64,000 nucleotides of DNA. Source: Mytilus edulis. Taxonomy: Eukaryota. A program made the position numbers and the translations under genes. This document shows positions 24,831 to 37,300 of this stretch, in pieces. Positions within the stretch are counted from its first letter, which is position 1. Each line of letters opens with the position of its first letter. The stretch covers positions 38,626,001 through 38,690,000 of the forward strand of contig NC_092350.1 of the NCBI RefSeq assembly GCF_963676685.1, in the 5' to 3' direction. Under the pieces are notes generated by a model. It made no database searches. It had not been told where the DNA came from and worked only from the letters and a program-made list of their open reading frames with translations.

Positions 24831-24996
24831 TGCCTCGTTCACACGGACATTTAATTCGAATTGAATTCGAATCGAATGAGAATCGAATTTGCTAATCGCG
24901 TTCACACACATTTCTGTTTTAATTCGAATTGATTCGAATCGGCTAATTCGAATTATCTAATTAGCATTAGAAAAACACTTTTGCGAATACGAATTC
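24831..24996. repeat. MITE-end fragment with reiterated (a)ttcgaa(t) palindromic motifs
   Basis: gcctcgttcacacgg start followed by many ttcgaatt/aatcgaat units. Confidence 0.5.
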
Positions 24997-25549
24997 AAAG
25001 TTAACGTTAAGTTTGGTATCTTTCGTCTCTTTTTGACAAACAAGGTTAAAACAAGAACAGTGATGATTTAAATTACAAACATATTGATTAGTATTATTAT
25101 TTCGATAAGATTTTAAAAAAACTTTGCAAGTATGCTTTAATATCATTATTTTTGTAAGATTTCAACTGGACTCCGGCAGTGTCACGACGGGTGTCGCTAA
25201 TATTGCAGGAACCGCTAAACGTTTATCTGATGTTCAGCGTTTTTATATAGATTAGACTGTTAATTTTCCTGTTTGAGTGCTATACCTAGTTCTTTTGGTG
25301 CCCTTTATAGTTTGCTGTTCGGTGTGAGCCAAGGCTCCAAGTTGAAAGCCGTACTTTGACCTATTATGGTTTACTTTTCAAATTGTGACTTTGATTGAGA
25401 GTTGTATCATTGGCACTAATACCACATCTTCTTATCTATTATCCAATGTGTTCACTTCAGGCTTTGGTAGGGTTCGCGTTGTTTAATTCTTTATTTTCTA
25501 AGTAGTATTTTGTAGAATTTTGTTTGTGTGTTCCTCATTACTCGTATAT

Positions 25550-26045
25550 TATAGACTGGAAACTGGGAGGTATGACAATTTGCCGCTGGAAGAGAGATGT
25601 TGTTTTAAATGTTTTAATACTGTTTAAGATGAATATCATGTTATTTTTACATTATCCTGTTTATAATGATCTTAGACAAGTTTTTTTTACTGAGTCTCTT
25701 AAAATTGAAATTGATGAACATTTTAATAATTTTACAGATTGTCAGAAAATGGTATTTTTATTTTCGAATCAAGATAGTATAATACTATGTGCCAAAACCT
25801 GTAATTTTATTCTTAAAAGACGCCGATAAGTTTTATATTGTCAATAATAATTGAATACTTTTGTTGTATAATTTGACCATTCAGGTTTATTATTTATTAT
25901 GTACATATACATATAGTTTTAGTTGATTATCGTCTCTTATAAATCTGTACAGATTGGCTTATGTTTGCAAAATGTATCTTTTATAAATGTATTGTGTAAT
26001 TTTATACACAAGGTGAGACGTAAATAAAATACTGAATTGATTATA
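25550..26045 (+). mobile_element. 5'-truncated non-LTR retrotransposon 3' end
   Basis: Translates (with a stop and a frameshift) as RLETGRYDNLPLEERCCFKCFNTV*DEYHVIF..YPVYNDLRQ, the ORF2 C-terminal Cys/His knuckle; ends aataaaatactgaattga. Confidence 0.75.
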
Positions 26046-26683
26046 TATCTTTTTGTGATGGTTTTGTTTCTATTTTCACCGACGGTTTTTTATTGTCCGC
26101 CCTGTCTTTTTTATTTACCGAAATTCCACAATGATTTTGAACGTTTGTACATTTCATCAAGTTAATCAACAAGCCAGTTATAATAATTACTACTGCAATT
26201 ACAAACAAACAATCATCCAATGTAGAGTCAACTAATTCATTTCCAATATCTAAATTGTGAAGTCTATGAAGACATGTCACACGTCAAGCATAATATGTTT
26301 TATTTGGTCTAGTGTATTACTGTGTTATAGTAGTCTCAGTGTATTATAATAGTTATACCGCCTCAACCTGCGTTGGAAGTACGGTCAAGACAAGAAGAAT
26401 GTCAAGAAGAAAAACTTTGACACGAAGCGGGACAGAAGGACGAGCGAACGGGCGTACAGTCACTCAACTGTCGCACAGACCGAAAAACATAAAAAAAATC
26501 AAGTCTGAAATTAGTTTCTTTAAAATTGGTCATTAGCAAAAAATAATTGATTAAAATTTAAACACTAAAGTCAGTTATACTAATATTTCCCATTGAAAAG
26601 ATGGATACACCTGAAGTTTCTTCAATTTCATAAAAAAAATGTAAACTTTTACATTTTGGGGTGAAAACGTTTTCTTTTTTTAA

Positions 26684-27604
26684 GGATGCTCGAGAGTACA
26701 AATATTTCAGAAAAAAATTGATTTTTTTTTTTACTCATTACAAATTTTATTTACAACTTTTATTTACTTGTTACTTTATCATATCACAGGTGCTTGAGGA
26801 CAGGATCCTGTATGAGCCCCAAATAGTCCCTCCCCCTTTTTTTTATATTTTTTTTTTAATCATAAATCTCAGATTTTTCTATATATATCCCTTATTTGTA
26901 CTTATTTGTACCATATATATACTAATATACCATAGTTATACTCTAAATATGCATGTTTACTATCAACGTGAATCTCGACTATATATAGTCAGATTCACGT
27001 TGATAGTAAACAACGTGATTATTATTATTTCGATAAGATATATATAGTCGAGATTCACGTTGATAGTAAACATGCATATTAAGAGTATAAATATGGTATA
27101 TTAGTATATATGGTACAAATAAGTACAAATAAGGGATATATATAGAAAAATCTGAGATTTATGATTAAAAAAAAAAGGGGGGGAGGGACTATATGGGGCT
27201 CATACAGGATCCTGTCCTCAAGCACCTGTGTATCATATGGTACAAAAATCATCCCAAAAAAATCAATTCATTTTTTTGCATTTAAATTGAGATATCTTTT
27301 TTTAACTTATCGGTGACCTATATTTTTTATTATTTTTTTTTCAAATAAGCTTTACTTAATCTAAACCATTGTAAAATTTGAGCGATTTCTGTAATTTAGT
27401 TCTTTTTTTATTTCGATATTTCTCCTATTAGTTCAACAGAAAAAAAGTACCTTCACAAAAATGTATGCTTCTTTCGAAGGCAGATTGTGAGCTTAAAAAT
27501 TTTTATCTAAATTTTTTTTTAAGTATATGATAAGTTCATTTATAGAAAAAATATAGCAAAATCCTATATTAAAAAAAAAAAAAGATTTATACCAGGGAGC
27601 CCCC
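26684..27604. mobile_element. TTAA-flanked (Kolobok/piggyBac-type) non-autonomous DNA transposon hosting a nested foldback MITE
   Basis: ttaa|ggatgctcgagagtacaaat ... atttataccagggagccccc|ttaa, imperfect TIRs. Confidence 0.6.
26785..27230. mobile_element. Foldback MITE, ~200-bp inverted arms, 8-bp TSD TATCATAT
   Basis: tatcatat|cacaggtgcttgaggacaggatcctgtatgagcccc ... ggggctcatacaggatcctgtcctcaagcacctgtg|tatcatat. Confidence 0.92.
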
Positions 27605-28366
27605 TTAAGTAGTCAAAACTGAAAATAAAAAAAAACAACATTTTTGTGCACAGTATTGTGCATTTTATATAAAATAAAATATATGCATTTTGGATGTCAT
27701 CTACAGTTGGGGCAAACTTTCTATTGATCAACAACCAACATATCTTCACCATTTACACTCTGATGGATATATACATGCATCATTGGCCACATCTCCCTAT
27801 TTGTACACACCTAAAGGGCAAAAAATTGATGAATCTGGGTCCTCAATGCTCTTTAACTTTGTAATATCTTTTGCCTTTTTGCCCTGTTTTTTTTCAACCA
27901 CTACTAACAAGTCTTTTGAAGACGAAGTGCAAGGGCTGTATAGCCAGTCAAGGTCGTTAAAAACTTCCATTTGTTTGAAGACGAAAAAGTGTGTCTAGCG
28001 TACAATATTTTTAAATCCTGGCAACTATGATGAGTTTATTTGCAGACCCTACCTATTGTATGTCTCATCCTAAATACTTGCCACTGGACATTAAACACAC
28101 CACTATCAATCAATCACAGTCTATTTTTGAACATCACTATATGTTGACCTCTACATCCCTTGTTATTGTGTTGTTTGGGTTGATATTTTCTTCACAGCCA
28201 TGCAACTTTTTTTTCATTCACATATTTGAACTAAATATTAATATTGCTGTAGAAAAGCAATATTTATGTCTATCTTTAAAAAAAAAATTGCAGCAAAGAC
28301 GAAAACAGGTTACCTTGTAGAGGCATTTTATCATAATATAAAACATGTAAAAGAATCTACTAATTA

Positions 28367-31300
28367 TTATAGTAAGTGTCTATACTTTGGGTTAACATCC
28401 AGTTTACATGTGGGACATGGGAATTCCTTGGTCAGAAATGGTTCATACCTGCAAGAAAAATTAATATAACAGTATTTCTCAGACCATAAAAAAATATATG
28501 CACAAAACATACAAATTAAAACAAAAGGTTCATTAGTAAATTAAGGACTCATTTAATTTATGAAAATATTAATTCACCTAATACAGTTTTTTTGAAAATA
28601 TATCAATCATTGTATGTTTGAATTAAATTGGATGTTTCAGTTTTACACACAAAACGTATGTTAAAACATGATGAATCCTTTAAAAAAAGGAGGTTAATGA
28701 TCACTTTCTTTGCTAAAACCTTAAAAAAGGAGGTTAACGGTCACATTCTTTGCTTAACCAAACAAAAAGGTGAGCAAACACAAAATGAAATATTATATTC
28801 TTACCAATAATTTACTGCTAGGTTTCGTTTTTCTTTCCTGTTTGGAACAGATTGTACTTCATGCCACCAGAATGAGGGCATAAAAAGGACATCCCCTTCA
28901 TTTAATGTACAGTTCAGTGGATAAGTGCCAGCAAACTTTGGAAACCTCTGTAATAATATAAAACATGATGAAGGCATGTAAAATCCTCAGTCCTTATGAA
29001 ATATATCAGTTCCGTGGATTTACGATAAACTAGAGGCTCTCAAGAGCCTGTGTTGTTCACCTGTATTTACCAATGCTTTGTAAATCATGTGAAATGAAGC
29101 TTATTAGTATTAGATATTAGATATTATCAGATACTATAATGATATCTAAGATAATAACCAAAAATTTCCTTAAAATAACCAATTCAGGGACAGAAACCCA
29201 ACAACAGGTTGTCGAATTTATCTGAAAATTTGTGGGCAGATAGATTTTAATCTGATGAACATCAACCCCCCCCCCCCCCCCTTTGTCAGATTTGCTCTAA
29301 ATGCTTTGGTTTCAGAGATACACACCAAAATCTACATTTTATCACTATGTTCAATTTAGCCATGGTGGCCATCTTGCTTGGTTGGCCAGGTCACCGGACA
29401 CATTTTTAAAACTAGATACCCTAATGATGATTTCTTTAAAATTACCAATTTAGGGGCAGCAACCCAACAAAGGTTGTTGGATTTGTCTGAAAATTTGTGG
29501 GCAGATAGATCTTAATCTGATTAACAATATAATTAGCTGCCATATTTGCTCTAAATGCTTTAGTTTCAGAGATATGAGCCAAAAACTACATTTTACCCTA
29601 TGTTCTATTTTTAGCCATGTCAGCCATCTTGGTTGACAGGCTCGGTCATCAAACACATTTTTTAAACTACATACCCTAGTGATGATTGTGGCCAAGATAA
29701 GTTAAATTTAGTCCAGTAGTTTCAGAGAAGACTTTTGTAAAAGATTACAAAATTGTATAAAAATTGTTAATAAACAGCTACGCCATGAGCACATAATACG
29801 CCCGACGTCTTGTGTGGAAGTTTTATGCAATAATCATAAATAGTTTCTGAGAAAGTTTGAAGAAATTACCATTTATTGCTTTTGAGACACAGCGGGACAT
29901 GTGAAACCCCCCCCCCCCCCACCCTGTTTTTTTTTTTACAAATATCACTAAAATAAAATTTTGAATCAAACCAAAAAGTGTACAGACCTTTAGATTAATA
30001 TAACAAAGAAGTGTGTACAGTTTTAAGCAATAATCATAAATCGTTTTTGAGATACGGTGCGACATGTAAAAAACCCTCCCCCTTTTTTACAAAATACTCA
30101 ATAACTCAAAAATAAAACTTTGAATCATCACCAAAAAGTATACAGATATTAAGATTAATATAACTAAGAAGTGTGTAAAGTTTTAAGCAATAATCAAGAA
30201 TCGTTTTTGAGATACAGTGCGACATGTGAAAAAAAACACACCCCTGTTTTAGTTACAAAGTGCCGTAACTCAAAAACTTTAAATCTTATTTTCACCAAAA
30301 AGTATACAGATCATTTGACCATCATAAAAAACAACTATTTTAAGTTTCATGAAATTTAGATAAGTTGTTCTCAAGTTACGGTACGACATGTTTACGCCGG
30401 ACAGACGGACGGACGGACGGACAGACAGACGGACACCGGACATTTGTATACCATAATACGTCCCGTCAACATTTTGACGGCCGTATAAAAATTGACTATA
30501 AAGGGCAATAACTCCTTAAAGGGTCAACTGACAATTTTGGTCATGTTGACTTATTTGTAGATCTTACTTTGCTGAACAGTATTGCTGTTTACAGCTTATC
30601 TCTATCTATAATAATTATATTCAAGCTAATAACCAAAAACGGCAAATTTCCTTAAAATGACCAATTCTGGGGCAGCAACCCAATAACGGGTTGTCTGATT
30701 AATCTGAAAATTTCAGGGTAGATATATCTTGACCTGATTAACAATTTTACCCAGATTTGCTCTAAATGCTTTGGTTTCAGAGATATAAGTCAAAATCTAC
30801 ATTTAACCCCTTGGTTAGTTGGCCGGATTACCGGACACATTTTTTTAAACTAGATACCACAATGATGATTGTGGCCAAGTTTGGTTAAATTTGACCAAGT
30901 AGTTTCAGAGGAGAACATTTTTGTAAAAGTTTACGGATGACGGACGGACGACGGAAGCCAAGTGATGAGAAAAGCTCACTTTACCTTTCAGGTCAGGTGA
31001 GCTAAAAAATATCAAATCAAACATGTCACAATATTATAAAGTTGTAGAGTGAAAACATTTAAAAAAAAAGATAACCAACCCAGAAAGATTTGAAATCTTA
31101 ACAATATGCAGTACTTGGAATATTGGAAAAAAAAACCAATATTCTGATGTTGATCTAAAATTGGATATCATGTATATAAATAAGCCTTTGTTAAGAACCA
31201 AGTCAGGACCTTACGAGCAGTTGTTTCATATTGGAGACAATTTTCCAACAAATACAACTACTGAAAAATTTTGGGACCCTTTTATGCAGAAAATGGTTTG

Positions 31301-34300
31301 TTTTTCGGGTTTTGGTCATAGGACGGTTAATTGAGAAGCTACATGTACTTAGGACTTATACATAATTTCATGAATGCAAAAGTATTAAAAAATCTTCTGA
31401 ATAGAACATCTAAATAGAATAAAGCATGGTTACTGATTGAATACATAAACAACACATTTTTGTGTTATGGAATTTACTAAAAATTGTCAAAAATCTGCCC
31501 TTCGGGTCTTAGCAGAAACGAACTTCTTTATTACTTTGTCAATATTCACACAAGAATCTCGATGAATATGCAGCAATGCTAGAGATGCTAAACCGTCGTT
31601 GTTCGTTGTTAATCGTACATATGTTTTCAACAGACGTACATGTAGTTCATTGTGACGATCTCTCTGCGGTAGCACCCGCGATATGTAATCCAGCGTGTTC
31701 GCCATCGAGCGACCTCTCGATTGAATTTGTCAAAATTACATGACAAGTCAGTTTCGTATGTCTCAAACAATGCTGCGATTTGTTCGTTTGTTGTATTTCT
31801 TACAACACGAGGAAGCAGATATTATTTCCTTTCTAACAGTATAATTCATTGTTCTTGATAGGAACAACATTATTTCACCCTAAGGTAATAACAGTACACA
31901 CAATGTGGAACATCACATGAGATTAACGAGTCGCGTGTCCCCTGTGTTATTGCTACAATAACATCCAATTAACACCTTCAACTTTGTACACGCGTCAGAT
32001 ACAATTACACGCGCCAGAATATACAATCATTGTAAATAGTGAACACCTGTTGAAAACTCAAGATTGTCATTAATTTCCTTTCATCTTCAATCAATATGCA
32101 TAAACATGATAAATTATATCGTTTAATGAGGCAATAAACAAATAAAAAGAGGAAAACATTCACATTTCAATTTTCTTTTCCTCCTGTTTGATTTCAGTTC
32201 TTTGTATTTCACAATTTGTGTCAATATTTTCAGCCGGGACAATGATGCACAAATAATTCATTTTGCGAGCTTAATATATATTACACGAAAAGAGTTTTAA
32301 AAAACAAATTATAAGATAAATAATATGTTCTAAAACACAAGGAAAAGTAATCTCATAATACAATAATTAAACGTAATACTGGCTGTTATTCATAATAGAT
32401 GATAAAATATTATGTAAATAATGTTTCATTTTTTTCTATCAATTTTAACTTTCTTGTCGCTAAAATTATTTTCTTTTGCATATTCTTTTAATATTTATTG
32501 CAATAATTAATTTTAATTAAAAAAAATGTTTTCTTGTCGCTAAATAGATTCTTGTCGCTAGTTGTCGCTAAAATAATTCTTGTTGTCGCTTCTTGTCGCT
32601 TGTTGACGCTTGTTGTCGCTAATTAGTGAGACCGCAAAGCAGTGATTTTTCTGACTGATATCAGACGCGACTCCAGTTCCTTAAATTATCATGTACTTAT
32701 GTACATGCAGCTTCTCAATTAACCGTCCTATAGCCAAAACCCGAAAAACAAACCATTTTCCGTTACCACGATTTCACGAGAAATACAAGAAAAACATTAT
32801 ATCCCCAAAACAAACTGATATATCACGAGAAAAAAGACTTTTTATGGTGTTATGCTACGTTTTATATTGTTATTACTTTTAACAATATTAAAGAATATTA
32901 ATTAAAGATATTATTCGTAAATTATCATGTGGTCTATGGACGCAAAATATAATGAGACTTTCCAAGACTGTTTTTGCGTGTTTGCAGGGTGATTGGCTTT
33001 GGTAGTCACTTCGCATCGGCATATCATACGATATCGAAGGGTTCTGATTTAAATCTTAAATGGCCGATTAGTACCTCGCATTCCAAACAGATAAACCGTA
33101 CTCTGTAAAATGTTCTCCGAAACTACAAGAGTATAACAAATTATAATCTTGTAATAGATTCAAGTTCGTTTTTGTCATCTGCAATAAAACTGTAATTTTG
33201 AAACCAAATGCCGCTATTTAATGACATTACATCATTTGAATACTCGTATGTGTATCCTTAAAAATTTTAATTTATAAATTTTTATTTTGCAATTTTTTTT
33301 TTGCATGCCGAATTGATGCGCCTGGTAGTTTTTGTTTAAGGGTGAAAGCTATCAATAAATGTTCTAGACTGAGAGCTTTACATTTAATATACATGCCTGA
33401 CTATCATTAAGGATTGTAATAACATTAACGGTACCAATTTTTCTGCACCAGATGCGCATTTCGACAAATAATGTCTCTTCAGTGATGTTGTGGCCAAAAT
33501 AAGTAAAATTCAAAGCTTATATAAAATATGTAGAGCTATAATCCAAAAGTTCCAAAAAAAGTATAGCCAAAACCTTGAAAGGAATCAGAGCTTTGCATGA
33601 GGGAGATACATTCCTTAATTTATAATATTTTTTAACATTTTGTAACAGCAAATTTAATAACACAAAAAATCCGTATTTTCATGCCAGTACCGGAGTACTG
33701 GCTACTGGGCTGGTGATACCCTCGGGTAAGTTGACCTCTAGATGTTTTCAGTGATTTTTTGTGTTGTTGGGTTGTTGTTGCATTACTTTAAATCCCAACA
33801 ACCTGTTTCATTTCATTCATTGCATTGTGTAGTTCAGATGTTAGGTTATTGTCTCATTGATATGTTAACCCTACATATACTTTTTTCAAGTAATCTGAAC
33901 AATGGAAATCTTCAATATCATACAACTCTAACCATTATATAGAACTACATGCATTTGTCAATAATAATTTGTCACTATAAACCAAGGATAACTAGTGTTA
34001 ATATATGGAATTTCTAAATAGCCATGCTCTGAAAGTCACTTCAAATATAACCAGCAACATAGTCCGTGATATCTTAAAGATTATTAATTTGACTGACAAT
34101 ATTGAAAGTAATACAAAATGAATGCATAGGTCTTAAAATTGCCCTTTAATTTCTCATGAAAAAGCTTAAATATTGCCAGGCTTAAACAACTATAGGGACA
34201 GTGTTAATATAAGCATTAATAGACATTTAAAGCCTTAATGAAGCAATTATAGTTGCTCCTTTTTTCAACAAACCATAATAAATAGAAAGAGATATTCAGA

Positions 34301-37300
34301 AACTGTAATTCATAGTGACTTGCTATGAACTATCTATTATAATAATATTCTTATAAAAACTTGTATCAAAAAAATTATAATTTAGCAATATTATACATGC
34401 AAGGACACAACTATTTCTGTCAAACCTTTGACAAATAGGGTTAACATGGGCTAAAATATAAATTCTTCCACCATTCTCTATATGCTCACCATTACTGATA
34501 TTCTGTTGTGTCTGGATTTACAAAGTACATAAAGGAAGAATATTGAAACCTGGATACATTTGGTCTGGGATTAAACAACTTTGTCTCCTTTTGGAGTTCA
34601 ATGGTTTTTGACCAGCAACTCTTACAGGGTAATAGTTTGTTTGCGATCATTATACATTAAAAAAAAGGACATTCCAACGATTACAAACTGAATTTAAAAG
34701 ATTATATTTTTTTTTAAAGATAATAAGATTTTTATTGGCTACAACTTATTTTTCCATATGAAGGTTAAGGGGAGATAAACATGATAAATAACTTTGGGCT
34801 TGAGTCATGGTTGTGAATGATTTTGTATCAAGTCTTCCTGCATTTTGAAAAACATTCATTGTGACAAGAAATCAGATATATTTAAGAGTGATATTATGAG
34901 TATTTAAAGAATAGGAATGCCAGACCTGCAATCAGATATAGACACATTCCAAAAGGATTTCTTTTTAAACGGACATTGTTGGGAAAAAGATTTTTGAAAT
35001 TTATTTAAGAAATCTATTAGCAAGAACCAAATATTTAAAACTATGATAGTCAGTCACATAAAATTAAAACAATGTGTTATTAATTCCATGTGTCTGAAGC
35101 ACTTTTCTGAATTTACCTCCATCTGGAATACTCATAGCTGATTATTGGAAAGCAAAGGATGTATAAGAACTGAAACAGATAGAGACCTATAGAAGTGATG
35201 AAAATAATAATACAGTACTGAAGATGAGAAGTAATAGAAAATATTGTGTGGATTATATAATATAATCCAATGAATAAAAATTTCTTATGTTTATATATAT
35301 ATAATATAATTTCCTTTTTCTTGTCCCAAGTTTTTAAGTAATAAGCCATGACAAATTAGTGAGTATTAGAAAAACATCTAATAATTTGATCAGGTTAGCT
35401 TACCTAGTATATTTAACCTATTATAGCTAAGACTTGTTAAAAGAAAGATACAGATTGCATTGACCTTTAAAAGCAAATGTATAGAGCTTTTAAAGTTACT
35501 ACAATTTCTTTATTATCAAAATGTAAATTGATTCAGTTATAAAACTTAACACTTCTAATCTACTAATTATGCATGTAATAAAAATTTTAAAAAATACTTA
35601 AAAGATAAGCTTTTAGACGTCACAGAAACCTACTTTGAAATCAACCTTCTTTATGTCAACAGGGGACATAACCATGGATGTACTCTGTGCCAACTGGTTC
35701 CTGGTAAACTGTTTAGTGGAATGGTTGTAGGCTAACATGGCCTCTGGAATGTGACTTTCATATAGTCTTGTATTGTCATGTGGTTCAAATAATAGAACTT
35801 GTTTTTGTCCACTTATCTAAAAATAAAGAAACAGATAATAAGTTTGGTATCTTGAAACCATTTAAAAAAATAATTTAAGTTATAATGCATGTGATGGCAG
35901 AGGACAATTCAAGTTAAGCTTTTCAACTAATTATATAATTAGTTAGTTTATAGATCCAGGAACAACTTTATTTAATTTTTATTTTAACAATACACTGTAC
36001 AAAAAATTAGACCCTTATTAAATACCAAAAATAATGCAAATAAGACAAAACCAAGACAATATCTGATCAACACATTGACTTTAAATTTTCTTTACACAAT
36101 TATATTTTCCAAGATTATTTCATTCCTTTAATGAGAGATATGCACTTTACTATATATATATATAAATGTATACATTTTAAAAAACTGTTGACCGATACAT
36201 GTTTTGTAAATCAGGCCACATTTTGAAGAACATGTGTCCATAAGACAGTATGCCTCACTATTACATTCTCATGTTCAGTGAATTGTCAAATCAAAAACCA
36301 TAAACCTAAACTTTTTACCAGATCAAGTACATGTACCTGCCAATTAATCAGTTTCAACCTTTATTTGACATATACATGTACATGCATTGTATTCTATAAA
36401 AATGTACTGCTTAATGAACTAGTGCATTAAGTTTCATTTACATTTTGTACATAAGGCATTACCAACTTCATGGTAAACTACATTGAACATTTATCTTAAA
36501 CATGTTAAATCAAATCTTAATACTAATACTGGATGGAAAGATAGAGGACAGACAAATGGATGGTGCAGAGACCAGAAAGAAAACATACATGTAGTGTCCC
36601 TATGACAACAATGTATGAATGTATATGGGGCATAAAACTTTTTTTATGGCCCTGAAACAAAGTTGTCGGTGCCATATAGTTTTATCCTTGTTGGTAATTC
36701 TGAAATTCTGTAATTCCGTCATTCCGCAACAAACCATTATACAGAGTTTTTTTCTAAACGCCTTCAGATATTGGGATGATTTTTGGCATCTGAGATAACC
36801 AAGATGAGTTACAGATCAAGTTTAAGTTTTGTTCCGCTCGGCTAATTTTTGCCGAAATTACGGGCTTTGGCCTCTGATAAATTGTTGAAAATCAGTGTTA
36901 AACAGACTTTTTATCTAAATGCTTTCAGATATTGGGCTGATTTTTGGTAAGTGAGTTACTCATGATGAGTTACAGATCAAGTTTAAGTTTTGTTCCGCTT
37001 TGTTAATTTTTGCCAAAATTGTTAAAAATCACATTTTTAATACAGACCTTTTTTCTATATGCACCTCCACATTTTTAGCTGATTTTTGATATGTGAGACT
37101 ACCATCATGTTTGTGTCCACATGTGTTATTGAAATTGCAGATTTTTCAAATTTTTCAGACTAGGCCATTAGCATGATTAGTGTCGCATTGACACATCTAG
37201 TTTTAAACCAAATTCATCAAGCATGTCAACATAATGGTCAAAGTACTTTATGTATATGTACATGCACATTTTGTCTTTTTATTAGAATTCGTCATCAGTA

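Noticed and set aside
26661-27047. 128-aa hydrophobic ORF
   Set aside because: Spans two nested MITEs; AT-rich compositional artefact.
34700-35350. Possible highly decayed LINE fragment in the JmjC intron
   Set aside because: No diagnostic motif could be recovered by eye.
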